In this document: positions 36,510 through 46,081 of the stretch, piece by piece
Layout of the letters: each line of letters starts with the position of its first letter
How positions within the stretch are numbered: the stretch's first letter is position 1
Source: Phototrophicaceae bacterium
Lineage (GTDB): Bacteria; Chloroflexota; Anaerolineae; Aggregatilineales; Phototrophicaceae
Assembly (NCBI GenBank): GCA_965246975.1
Contig: OZ251996.1
Location: 473,102 to 537,101 of the forward strand
DNA length: 64,000 nucleotides
Direction: 5' to 3'
The notes under the pieces: model-generated
Databases searched by the model: none
The model's input: only the letters and a program-made list of their open reading frames with translations
What the model was told of the DNA's origin: nothing
Position numbers and translations under genes: made by a program

Positions 36510-37652
36510 TCACCCTGCTCCGGTTGGCCGGATACCGGCGACTTCGGGCACGGATTCCTGGCTGGAGGACGCACTGACCATCGTGGCCACTCGATGCGCG
36601 GCTCGTCGACGCACCCACAGGTCGCTGCTGACGACAAAGAGCACAACAATCCCCTGGATCGCAATGATCGTGGCGGAAGGTACCTGAATGGTGCGCTGCA
36701 TGCGCTCGGCGCCGGTCAGCATCGCGCCGAAAAAGAAGGCGGAAGGGATTGCGCCGAGTGGGTGCAGACGTCCGAAGAGCGCAACCACAATCCCGGCAAA
36801 GCCGTAGCCGACCGCGAACCCCTCAACCATACGATGGGGCACGCCGATCAGTTCCACAGCACCCGCCAGCCCGGCCAGCGCGCCACTCAGGGTCAACGCC
36901 AGCGTAAGATAGAGGGGCACCGAAATGCCGGCATAGCGCGAGGCATCCCGGTTCTGGCCAACGGCGCGAAGGCGGTAACCCAGCGGCGTGCGCCATAACA
37001 ACAGCCAGACCAGCACTGCAGTGATCAGGGCGATGAAGAGGCCCGAATGCAGGCGCGCGGGAGGCAACAGCCGCCCCAACCAGACGGCCTGGGGCAATCT
37101 GGCCGATTGTGGAATGCGCGTCCCCAGTTCAACCTCGCGGGGATCAATCAGCGGGCCGCTTAGAAGGAACAGTACCATCTGGATGGCGATCTGATTCATC
37201 ATGACTGTGCTGAGGATTTCGTTAACCGCGAAGCGCGCCTTCAAATAGCCGGGCACAGCACCCCAAAGTGCCCCGGCACCGGAGCCAACCAGGAGCGCCA
37301 GCGGCACGAAGATCAGTGGCGGCAACCTGTCACCCACGGCCACCGAGAAGGCCGTCACCGAAATTGCGCCCATGAACAGCTGGCCTTCGGCACCGATGTT
37401 GATGACACCGCCACGAAAGGCAATGCAGATCCCTATCGCAACCAACAATAACGGGATCGAACGCGTGATCGTGCTGAACAGTCGTGTGGGGTTCCCGAAC
37501 GCCCCCTCCCACATCGAGACGTAGGCATCCACAGGATTGCGCCCGAGCGCAAGCAACATCAAACCGCCCAGGAGCAGCGCCAGAACGACGGCGACCACAG
37601 GCGCCAATACAACCAGGGGATCGGTATCAGTCAGGAATCTGCGTCGCTTCAT
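36510..37652 (-). CDS. ABC transporter permease (BMP-associated, BPD_transp_2)
   Basis: 380 aa polytopic membrane protein and first gene of the operon. Confidence 0.8.
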   Translation of the reverse strand: MKRRRFLTDTDPLVVLAPVVAVVLALLLGGLMLLALGRNPVDAYVSMWEGAFGNPTRLFSTITRSIPLLLVAIGICIAFRGGVINIGAEGQLFMGAISVTAFSVAVGDRLPPLIFVPLALLVGSGAGALWGAVPGYLKARFAVNEILSTVMMNQIAIQMVLFLLSGPLIDPREVELGTRIPQSARLPQAVWLGRLLPPARLHSGLFIALITAVLVWLLLWRTPLGYRLRAVGQNRDASRYAGISVPLYLTLALTLSGALAGLAGAVELIGVPHRMVEGFAVGYGFAGIVVALFGRLHPLGAIPSAFFFGAMLTGAERMQRTIQVPSATIIAIQGIVVLFVVSSDLWVRRRAAHRVATMVSASSSQESVPEVAGIRPTGAG

Positions 37653-37726
37653 GCAGCCGCACTGTCCTACGGTGGTGATTAAAGGTTACTGTCGGCGATG
37701 AGATACTATCACACGCTATTGCGATT

Positions 37727-37738
37727 GCCGAATATTCG
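37727..37738. promoter_or_regulatory. Perfect 12-bp palindrome CCGAATATTCGG (candidate operator)
   Basis: Located in the 297-bp divergent intergenic region. It overlaps the inferred -35 of a TGnTAGTAT extended -10 promoter (forward 37702-37707) that reads toward the transporter operon. Confidence 0.4.
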
Positions 37739-37811
37739 GGAGCTATTCACAGATTCTGGCGCCTCTCTTTCGTTATCCCATCCAGACTCACGTTGAGGTC
37801 GGCAAAGGAAT

Positions 37812-37840
37812 TTGCACATTGTTTTGCGCACTGCTACACT
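37812..37840 (+). promoter_or_regulatory. Putative sigma-70-type promoter (TTGCAC-17 nt-TACACT)
   Basis: -35 at 37812-37817, 17-nt spacer, -10 at 37835-37840. This leaves a leader of about 100 nt before the GTG at 37950. Confidence 0.35.
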
Positions 37841-37949
37841 GGATGAAGTCGTGTGCAGTCGGACATCTGCGGATGGTCGGCGCGGGTCCGCTAATCCCGC
37901 GAAAAGTGCTGCCTGATGTGACGCCCGATCATCCGGGGGGAGCGTCATC

Positions 37950-38873
37950 GTGCCGCTCTGGGAACGCTATCACACGCCACAAACTGTCGCCGATACCCTG
38001 GCATCGCTTGCCCGCTACGACGGCAAGGCCAGAATCATCGCTGGCGGCACAGATCTTCTCATTGACATTCAGCACATAAAACGGGACGAACATCCGCTAG
38101 CCGCGCTCGTCGATATCACCTCGGTGCCCGAGATGACGCGACTGGCTGCGTCAGAAAACTGGCTCTATATTGGTGGAGCCGTCACACATACTGCTATTGT
38201 CAACTCGCCGCTGGTTGAGCGAGAAGCGACCTGTCTCGTCGAGAGTTGCGGCGTGATCGGCGGGTTACAGGTGCGAAATGTCGCAACCCTTGGCGGTAAC
38301 GTCGCCCATGCCCTGCCAGCCGGAGATGGCACAACCTCGCTGGTGGCGTTGGGTGCCGAGGCCGATGTGGCGTGGCACGATGGCCGCCGGGAGTGGCTGC
38401 CCGTCACAGAAATCTTTCGTGGCCCGGGCGTTTCAGCGCTTGATTCCACGCGTGACGTGCTGGTTGGATTTCGCTTTCGGATCGGCAGCGCCGGTGCGGC
38501 GAGCGCCTTCAAGCGAATCATGCGGCCGCAAGGCGTGGCGCTGCCCGTCCTGGGATGCGCTGCGTGGGTGCAGCTGGACGAGGACAGGGACCGGTTTGAA
38601 GACCTGAGAATATGTGTCAGCCCGGTCGACCGGGTGCCGGTGCGCGCTCTTGCGGTGGAAGCGGACCTGCGGGGTCAGTTCATTTCATCCGAATCACTGA
38701 GTCGTGTGGCCGCAAGCGCCCGCGACAAGCTACATCCGCGCGCCAGCAAGTACCGGGCCAGTGCGGAGTACCGATTGCACATGATCGAAACCCTCCTCAA
38801 TCAGGTTCTGCCTTTGGCTATCGAACGTGCGCGCAGCGAGGTTGCGCGGGCAGAAGGCGTAGGACTTGGCTAG
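37950..38873 (+). CDS. FAD-binding subunit of a molybdenum hydroxylase (XdhB/CoxM-like)
   Basis: GTG start after GGGGGGAG. IIAGGTDLLIDIQ and ATLGGNVAHALPAGDG motifs. Confidence 0.85.
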   Translation: MPLWERYHTPQTVADTLASLARYDGKARIIAGGTDLLIDIQHIKRDEHPLAALVDITSVPEMTRLAASENWLYIGGAVTHTAIVNSPLVEREATCLVESCGVIGGLQVRNVATLGGNVAHALPAGDGTTSLVALGAEADVAWHDGRREWLPVTEIFRGPGVSALDSTRDVLVGFRFRIGSAGAASAFKRIMRPQGVALPVLGCAAWVQLDEDRDRFEDLRICVSPVDRVPVRALAVEADLRGQFISSESLSRVAASARDKLHPRASKYRASAEYRLHMIETLLNQVLPLAIERARSEVARAEGVGLG

Positions 38874-38894
38874 GTTTGTCATGGAGAGCAGACA

Positions 38895-41744
38895 ATGACC
38901 CGACTGACGCTGACTGTAAATGGCATCGAACATGACCTGGACGTGCCGGAATCGCGCACGCTGGCCGGATTACTGCGCAATGATCTTGGTCTGACCGGGA
39001 CCAAGATCGGCTGCGACGAAGCCGAATGCGGGATTTGCACGGTGCACGTGGACGGCGCGCCGGTAGATTCCTGCATTTACCCTGCCTTCAAGGCGCAGGG
39101 CAAGTCGATTCGCACCGTCGAGGGACTGGCCTGTCACAACGCGTGTGGCGAGGAGGTGCTGCACCCGCTGCAGCAGGAGTTCATCAACCATTGTGCCGTT
39201 CAATGTGGCTTCTGCACGCCCGGTCTGATGATGACTTCTGCCGCCCTGCTCGCCGAGAAGCCAGAGCCAGACGACCACGACATCAAGGTCGCGCTCAAGG
39301 ACACCTATTGCCGTTGCACCGGCTACAGCAGCGTGATGCGTGCCATCCATTCTGCCGGCAAGGTCCTGCGCGGCGAGGAGTCGCTGCCCGCCAACGAGCC
39401 CGCAATCGATGAGCCGCTGAAAAGCATTGGCCGCAGCGAACTGGTGCCCGACATCGTCGACCGCGTCACCGGGAGGGCGATGTACACGGATGACTACACA
39501 TTCCCGGACATGATCTATGGCCGCACCCTGCGCTCGGCACACCCGCACGCTGTGGTACGACGCATCGACACCAGCCGCGCCCGCGCCCTGCCGGGCGTGC
39601 ACGCGGTGCTCACCCGGGCAGACATCCAGGGAGAAAATGCCCATGGCATCGTCACGTTTGACTGGCCGGTATTGATTGGCGAGAACGAGACCGCGCGTTA
39701 TATGGGCGATGCGATCGCACTCGTTGCTGCGGAAAGCGCTGACATAGCGGAGCAGGCAATGCAGCTGATCGACGTGGACTATGAGCCGCTGCCGGTCGTG
39801 GCGGATCCGGTCTACGCGCGTACGCCGGAGGCGCCTCACGTTCACGCAGGACGCGAAGATGGCAACCTGCTCAAGCACATCAAGGTGCGCCATGGCAACC
39901 TGCAGCGCGGCTTTGACGAAGCTGACGTCATCGTTGAACGCACCTACCGGACGCCTATCATCGAACACGCCTTTCTTGAGCCGGAGTGCGCCATCGCCAT
40001 CCCCGCCGGTTTTGACGAGGAGCATCGCAAACTCACCATTTACGTCGGCTCGCAGATCCCTTACCAGGATCGTAACCAGATCGCGCGCGCAATGGACCTG
40101 CCGGACGAGGAAGTGCGCGTGCGCGGCACGCTCATTGGCGGCGGCTTTGGTGGCAAGGAGGACATCGCCGGGCAGATTCATGTCGCCATGCTGGCCGAAG
40201 CGGCACAACGCCCGGTCAAGTTGCTTTACACGCGCCAGGAATCGTTGCTCTTCCACCCCAAGCGCCACGCGACGGTCATCCGCCTGCGCACGGGCGCACG
40301 ACGCGACGGCCGCATAACCGCAGTGGAAGCCGAGCTTTACGGTGATGCCGGCGCCTACGCCAGCCTGAGCGACAAGGTGATGACGCGGGCAACAACGCAC
40401 GCGACCGGTCCTTACGACGTCCCCAACGCGCGTATTGACTGCTACGCCATGTACACCAACAATCCGCCCGCCGGCGCATTCCGCGGCTTTGGCGTGACGC
40501 AAAGCGCCTTCGCAGTCGAGCAAAACATGGACCTGATTGCCGAGGAACTTGGCATCGACGCCCTTGAGTTGCGTCGGATCAACGCGCAGAAGGTCGGCGT
40601 GATCACCGCTACCGGGCAGCTTCTGCGCGAAAGCGTGGGGCTGCTGGAGACGATCAGCAAGTGCAATGATGACATGCGCGGGCAGGCCAACGGCAACTTC
40701 CGCTGGGGCTGGCGCGAGGGAGACATCGCGTGGGGCTGGGGCGTGGCCTGCGCCTACAAGAACACCGGCCTGGGCGGAGGAGCGCCGGACAAGTCCGCCG
40801 CTGAAGTAGAGGCCTACGACGATGGCACCATCGAGGTGCGCACGTCATCCGCGGATATGGGTCAGGGCCTGGTCGCCGTGCTGGCCCAGTTCGCCGCCGA
40901 GGAACTGGGCCTGCCCTACAGCCATGTACGCGTGCTGCTTTCAGATACGGACCTGACGCCGGACGGTGGGCCCACAACCGCCAGTCGCCAGACCTTCATG
41001 AGCGGCAACGCCGTGCGCCATGCCGCCATCGGCCTGCGTGATTCCCTGAGCAGCGTCCTCTCCGAAGAGTTTGACCATCCGCCGGACCAATTGCGCTTTG
41101 AAGAAGGGCTTGTGCACGTAAACGGCACGAGCGTCAAATTTGGCGAGGCCGTACAAATGGCCCGCAGCCAGGGCATCCCAACCCGGATCCAGCATGAATA
41201 CTGGGGACCGAAAACGCAACCGCTGGGCACAGGTGGCGACATGCACTTCGCCTTTTCCTACGCCACCCAGATCGCACTGGTCAGCGTGAATCTGAATACC
41301 GGCAATGTCCATTGCGAGAAAATCATTTCGGCCACTGACGTGGGTCGCGCGATCAATCCGCTGCTGTTGCAGGGGCAGATTGAAGGCGGCATCGTGATGG
41401 CTATGGGCAACTGCCTGACCGAAAGCTATATTGTCGAGGATGGCGTCCCCTGGTCCACCCTGCTGTCGCGCTACAAAATGCCCAGTATCAAACACACGCC
41501 CGAGATCATCAGCCATCTGGTTGAACACCGTGCCTCGGAAGGGCCTTTCGGCGCCAAGGGAGTCGGTGAAATCCCTTCGATCAACACCATGCCGGCCATC
41601 ACCAATGCGATCTACAATGCCGTCGGTGTGCGGATATTCAGCCTGCCGGTCGACCAGGATGCGCTCTTGCTCGCCTTGCGCAATGGCGAAACCGAAGTGC
41701 ACACGGCCTGGCATGATGTGCGCGAGCAAAAGCAGCACGCCTGA
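38895..41744 (+). CDS. Fused [2Fe-2S] + molybdopterin-binding subunit (xanthine dehydrogenase / aldehyde oxidoreductase-like)
   Basis: N-terminus GCDEAECGICTV, CGFCTPGLMM, CRCTGY. Mo domain with AFRGFG and GAKGVGEIP. 949 aa. Confidence 0.85.
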   Translation: MTRLTLTVNGIEHDLDVPESRTLAGLLRNDLGLTGTKIGCDEAECGICTVHVDGAPVDSCIYPAFKAQGKSIRTVEGLACHNACGEEVLHPLQQEFINHCAVQCGFCTPGLMMTSAALLAEKPEPDDHDIKVALKDTYCRCTGYSSVMRAIHSAGKVLRGEESLPANEPAIDEPLKSIGRSELVPDIVDRVTGRAMYTDDYTFPDMIYGRTLRSAHPHAVVRRIDTSRARALPGVHAVLTRADIQGENAHGIVTFDWPVLIGENETARYMGDAIALVAAESADIAEQAMQLIDVDYEPLPVVADPVYARTPEAPHVHAGREDGNLLKHIKVRHGNLQRGFDEADVIVERTYRTPIIEHAFLEPECAIAIPAGFDEEHRKLTIYVGSQIPYQDRNQIARAMDLPDEEVRVRGTLIGGGFGGKEDIAGQIHVAMLAEAAQRPVKLLYTRQESLLFHPKRHATVIRLRTGARRDGRITAVEAELYGDAGAYASLSDKVMTRATTHATGPYDVPNARIDCYAMYTNNPPAGAFRGFGVTQSAFAVEQNMDLIAEELGIDALELRRINAQKVGVITATGQLLRESVGLLETISKCNDDMRGQANGNFRWGWREGDIAWGWGVACAYKNTGLGGGAPDKSAAEVEAYDDGTIEVRTSSADMGQGLVAVLAQFAAEELGLPYSHVRVLLSDTDLTPDGGPTTASRQTFMSGNAVRHAAIGLRDSLSSVLSEEFDHPPDQLRFEEGLVHVNGTSVKFGEAVQMARSQGIPTRIQHEYWGPKTQPLGTGGDMHFAFSYATQIALVSVNLNTGNVHCEKIISATDVGRAINPLLLQGQIEGGIVMAMGNCLTESYIVEDGVPWSTLLSRYKMPSIKHTPEIISHLVEHRASEGPFGAKGVGEIPSINTMPAITNAIYNAVGVRIFSLPVDQDALLLALRNGETEVHTAWHDVREQKQHA

Positions 41745-41804
41745 GCCGGCTTTCCCACAGAGCCGGGCGAGCCGGGGACGGCAGCAACAGCCTCCGGACG
41801 CCCG

Positions 41805-42983
41805 GTGAGCAAGGCCTTGCATCATCTTACGACACTGGCGCGGCACTGGCCTGTCGTATTGCGCCTGATGTTGGCCGCCCTGCTGTTCAACGCCCTGCAG
41901 TCGGCTGAACCGCGCGCGACTCCCCAGGCGCAGCAGACCGTGGCCAGCACCTTGCCGCAGCTTTGCGTACACACCCGACTCATCGACGAGGTGTGGGAGT
42001 GGAAGATCCAGCGCAGTCTGCAGCTGGTGCGGGAAATGGGCGCGGACACCATCGTCGAATTCTTCCCCTGGGCCTATTTTGAGCCAGCGCCGGGACACTT
42101 CGAGTGGCATCGGGCGGATCGCATCATGAGCCACGCCCGCAACCAGGGCCTGCAAGTCATCGCCCGCACGGGATTCGTGCCGGCCTGGGCCCGCCCGGCT
42201 GTGGATGAAGCGCAGCCGGGCACGCTCAACAGCCTGCCGCGGGCTGCCTGGGGCGACTTCGCGCATTATGTGGCGGAGTTTGCGCGCCGTTACGACGACG
42301 ATCTGCAGCATGTGGTTATCTGGAACGAGCCCAACCTCGCCTTTGAGTGGGGCTTCGACACTGTGACGCCTGACGACTATGTGGCGTTGCTGCAGGTTGT
42401 TCATGAGGCAGTGCGCGCGGCCAGCCCAGGGACCATCATCCTCGCGGCGGGCCCGGCGCCCACGCTGGAACCTCCCGGTAGCCCCTACGGCATGAACGAC
42501 CTGCACTGGCTGGAGGCCATGTATGCGGCGGGGGCAGCGGACTGGAGCGACGGGCTGGCGCTGCACAGCTACGGCTTCGCGGACGCTCCGGTGACTGCGC
42601 CGTCAGCCACGAGCCTCAATTTTCGCCGCGTCGAACTCCATCGTGAGATTATGTTGCGCCATGATGACCCGACACGGCCAGTCTTCCTCACCGAGACCGG
42701 CTGGAATGATGACCCGCGCCATAGCCAGGCCGTCAGCCCGGCGTGGCGCATTCGCCATACGCTCGACGCGCTCGAATATGCTGCGCAACACTGGCCCTGG
42801 CTGGACAAACTCTGCCTGTGGGCCTTGCGCTATCCCGCTCCCGCCTGGAGCTGGCGCGACGGTTTCACGCTGGTCACGCCGGAGTTCCTGACAAAGCCCG
42901 TCTACCACGCCATCCAGAACCTGGCCCTCGGCCGCGCACAAGGTGCTGAACTGTGGCTCGCCCCTCCTGCCGCGCCAGCCTGA
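41805..42983 (+). CDS. Glycoside hydrolase-like TIM-barrel protein (clan GH-A pattern) with N-terminal membrane anchor or signal
   Basis: FFPWAYFEPAPGHFEW, VIWNEPN (acid/base-type NEP) and FLTETGW (nucleophile-type) motifs. GTG start without a clear RBS, so the start is uncertain. Confidence 0.5.
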   Translation: MSKALHHLTTLARHWPVVLRLMLAALLFNALQSAEPRATPQAQQTVASTLPQLCVHTRLIDEVWEWKIQRSLQLVREMGADTIVEFFPWAYFEPAPGHFEWHRADRIMSHARNQGLQVIARTGFVPAWARPAVDEAQPGTLNSLPRAAWGDFAHYVAEFARRYDDDLQHVVIWNEPNLAFEWGFDTVTPDDYVALLQVVHEAVRAASPGTIILAAGPAPTLEPPGSPYGMNDLHWLEAMYAAGAADWSDGLALHSYGFADAPVTAPSATSLNFRRVELHREIMLRHDDPTRPVFLTETGWNDDPRHSQAVSPAWRIRHTLDALEYAAQHWPWLDKLCLWALRYPAPAWSWRDGFTLVTPEFLTKPVYHAIQNLALGRAQGAELWLAPPAAPA

Positions 42984-43726
42984 GCGCGCTCGCTGCCCTG
43001 GTGGTGGTGGCAGTCGCACTCTTGCCTCGGCCGGCGGCAGCGCCTTCAATTGCGACGCTGTTCCCACAGGGAGAACTACGCATCGGTGTGGAAGCGGCCC
43101 TACCTCCCTTCGTAAGCGAACATGATGGCGAGCTCACGGGGCTGGCCATCGACATGGGCAGGGCGCTGGGCCAAGAGCTCGGTCTGCCGGTTCGCTTCGT
43201 CAGCCTGGGGCTGGACAGTCGCTACGATGCCCTGCGCACCGGTCAAGTCGACCTGCTCGCCGTGGCCGATGCGCGCGCGAGCTGGCGCGAGCCGGAAGTG
43301 CTGGCGACGCGCCCCTGGTTCGATGCGGGCCTGGTGCTGGTCAGCCTGGCGTCACAACCCGTCGAGGCGATGCCGGAGCTCGCAGGGCGTTCGCTCGCGC
43401 TTGCCCTGGGGTCCGCCGCAGATGTCGAGGCACGCCGCTGGGGACGACGCATCGCCCCGTTTCAGACGCAGGCCTACGAACTGCCGGCGCACGCGCTGGA
43501 TGCCCTGCGATACGAACTGGCGGATGCGGCCCTGGTCGACGCGATCGATGCGCGTCTGCATATGCGCCAGTTCGCGTGGAAGGGACTGTTGCGCCAGGTC
43601 AGCGAGCGACAGATCGCACTGGCCTTGCTGGCAGAGTCGTCGGCGCGCTGGCACACAGTCGACAACACGCTCGAAGCTCTCATGGACAATGGCGTAGTGG
43701 CGGCGCTGCTGGATGCCTGGCTGTAG
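42953..43726 (+). CDS. Family-3 solute-binding protein-like (SBP_bac_3) secreted or membrane-anchored protein
   Basis: Hydrophobic N-terminus, then ELRIGVEAALPPFVSEHDGELTGLAIDMGRALGQELGLPVRFV. 31-nt overlap with the upstream gene. Confidence 0.6.
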   Translation: MARPSCRASLSALAALVVVAVALLPRPAAAPSIATLFPQGELRIGVEAALPPFVSEHDGELTGLAIDMGRALGQELGLPVRFVSLGLDSRYDALRTGQVDLLAVADARASWREPEVLATRPWFDAGLVLVSLASQPVEAMPELAGRSLALALGSAADVEARRWGRRIAPFQTQAYELPAHALDALRYELADAALVDAIDARLHMRQFAWKGLLRQVSERQIALALLAESSARWHTVDNTLEALMDNGVVAALLDAWL

Positions 43727-43770
43727 GCGCTGCATGGATATCCCTGTCCTCCACGGCTATACTGAGCCGC

Positions 43771-44871
43771 ATGCTACGAGTCGGCCTTGATGCGCGTCTG
43801 CCTGCCTATCACCAGGGGGGAATCACGACCTGGATCCGGGGGGTGGCAAACGCCTTGCAGATGCAGGAGCCGGCGCAACACCTCACAATTCTGGAAAGTC
43901 GCCGGGCACAGTCCTCCATCGCCGGGCGATATGCCAAAGCCACGCTCTGGACGCCCTGCCATCACCCCCTGGAGGCGCTGACACTCAGCGCCGAGCTCCT
44001 TCCGCACCGGCTTGACCTGCTGCACAGCCCGGATTTCATCCCGCCCCTGCGCGGCGCGCGTCGGCATGTCATCACCATCTACGACCTCAATTTCCTGCAC
44101 TACCCGCAGTTTCTGACGCGCGCCAGCCGCCGCTATTACAACGGCCAAATTCGCCGCGCCGTACGTCAGGCAGATCACATCATGACTATCTCGGAGTCTT
44201 CGCGGCGAGACATCGTAGAGCTACTCGACGTACCTCCCGAACGCATCACGACCCAACATCCTGGTGTCGATGACAGTTTCAGGCCCTTGCCCGCAGACAT
44301 ATTGAAGGAGCAGCGCCGACTGCTGGACTTGCCCGAGACCTTTCTGCTCTTCGTCGGCACCTTCGAGCCGCGCAAGAACATCGCCGGCCTGCTTGAGGCC
44401 TGGCGTCGCCTGAGAGTGCAGTTGCCCGATATGCCGCCGATTGTGCTGGCCGGGCGTCGCGGCTGGCTCTTCGAAGAGACTATGCAGCGCATCCGCGATA
44501 TGAAGCTCGACGAGCACATTCTTTGGCGAGAAAATGTGTCGCAAGGTGCGTTGCCGGCGCTCTTTAACCTGGCGACGGCACTGGTGCTGCCCTCGTTCTA
44601 CGAAGGCTTCGGCTTTCCCGCGCTGGAGGCCATGGCCTGCGGCACTGTGCCCATTGTCAGCAATGTTTCCTCGCTGCCCGAAGTGGTCGGTGATGTGGGG
44701 CTACAGGTCGACCCGCAGGACCCTGACGCGCTGGCCGCAGCTATGCTGCGCACACTGCGCGATTCTAACTGGCGGGCTGCACAGGAAGCGGCCGGCTTGC
44801 AGCGCGCCGCCGACTTCACTTGGGACAAGAGCGCCCGCGCCGTGCTCGCAGCCTGGGAACAGGTGCTCTGA
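43771..44871 (+). CDS. Glycosyltransferase family 4 (GT-B, group 1)
   Basis: C-terminal [25 protein letters not shown]-type motif (here ...GTVPIVSN). Start taken at ATG 43771; the listed ORF start is an extension. Confidence 0.8.
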   Translation: [366 protein letters not shown]

Positions 44872-44875
44872 ACCC

Positions 44876-46081
44876 GTGCGCATTCTGATGTTGACGCCCG
44901 CTCTGCCCTGGCCAACTCATCAGGGCGGCGCCATGCGCAATTTCGGCCTGCTGCACGGTCTGCATCAGGCCGGTCATGACGTCACTCTGCTCAGTTTGGG
45001 CAAAGGGCCGGAGTCGGCATCGCCGTTGTACAAGCTCTGTTCACAGGTCATCACCGTGCCAGTTCCGCAGCGTCGAACGATTGCGCGCCTGCGCGATGTG
45101 TTTCAGACGGGCGCTCCCGATCTGGCGCGGCGCCTGGACAGCGACCTTATGTGCGCCCGCCTGGAAGAGGTTCTGCAGGAGCAGCGCTTCGATCTGGTTC
45201 AGTTTGAGGGCCTGGAAATGTGCGCCCTCTTGCCTGCGGTTCGCAGCAGGCAACCTGGAGCGCCCTGTTGCTACGATGCGCACAATGCCGAATATCAACT
45301 GCAGCAGAATATTTTCGAGGTCGATCGGCAACAGCCGGCGCGCTGGCCGGCTGCGGCCTGGTCCTGGCTGCAGGCCCGGCGCCTCGCTCAATTTGAACGC
45401 GAGGTATGCCAGCAGGTGTCCGGCACCCTGGCAGTTTCTGTCGAAGACGCTGTTGCGCTGAAAGCTCTGGCACCCCGGCAAGCAATTCAGGTCGTGCCCA
45501 ATGGCATCTTCGTCCCGGACTACGACGCACCTGCCCCACGTCAAACCGCCGTGCCGACTCTGGCGTTTACAGGCAAGATGGATTACCGGCCAAACGTGGA
45601 TGCCATGCTCTGGTTTTGCGCCAGGGTGTTCCCGCTTGTGCACATGGAGAAGCCTGACTGCAGGCTGAACATCGTCGGCCAGTCGCCACACAGCAGTCTG
45701 CAACCGCTGGCTGAAAGTGAGCGCATCACAGTCACCGGCCGCGTAGACCGGATTCAACCCTGGTTGCACGATTGTGATGTCTACGTCGCTCCCTTGCGCA
45801 TGGGGAGCGGAACACGCCTCAAGATCCTGGAGGCCATGGCCTGCGGCTGCGCCATCGTGGCCAGCTCACAGGCGGCGGGCGGCCTGCCCGCTGCCCTGAA
45901 AGAAACGCTGCTCATCGCTGACAGCGAGTCGGCCATGGCCGCAGGCATCATCAGCCTGCTCGAAAACCCGTCGCGACGAAAGGACATGGGCAGCGCTGCG
46001 CGCGCAGCAGTGCGTGAGACCAGCGACTGGTCCGCCATTCTGCCGCAAATGCTGTCCGCCTGGGAAAGTTTTGGCATATGA
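44876..46081 (+). CDS. Glycosyltransferase family 4 (GT-B, group 1)
   Basis: VRILMLTPALPWPTHQGG N-terminus, and C-terminal GSGTRLKILEAMACGCAIVAS. GTG 44876 (or ATG 44888) lies just after the upstream stop. Confidence 0.8.
   Translation: MRILMLTPALPWPTHQGGAMRNFGLLHGLHQAGHDVTLLSLGKGPESASPLYKLCSQVITVPVPQRRTIARLRDVFQTGAPDLARRLDSDLMCARLEEVLQEQRFDLVQFEGLEMCALLPAVRSRQPGAPCCYDAHNAEYQLQQNIFEVDRQQPARWPAAAWSWLQARRLAQFEREVCQQVSGTLAVSVEDAVALKALAPRQAIQVVPNGIFVPDYDAPAPRQTAVPTLAFTGKMDYRPNVDAMLWFCARVFPLVHMEKPDCRLNIVGQSPHSSLQPLAESERITVTGRVDRIQPWLHDCDVYVAPLRMGSGTRLKILEAMACGCAIVASSQAAGGLPAALKETLLIADSESAMAAGIISLLENPSRRKDMGSAARAAVRETSDWSAILPQMLSAWESFGI

Noticed and set aside
37841-37949. The roughly 100-nt leader of the XDH-like operon, considered as a Moco or purine riboswitch.
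   Set aside because: I could not find the conserved cores I remember for the purine riboswitch or the Moco RNA motif. There is only a simple 6-bp hairpin. It is kept as a generic structured leader until an Infernal/Rfam scan says otherwise.
41745-41804. The hairpin CCGGCT-9 nt-AGCCGG after the XDH-like gene, considered as a terminator.
   Set aside because: It has only a 6-bp stem, a large loop and no U tract, and the next gene starts 60 nt after the stop on the same strand. The evidence is insufficient to call a terminator.
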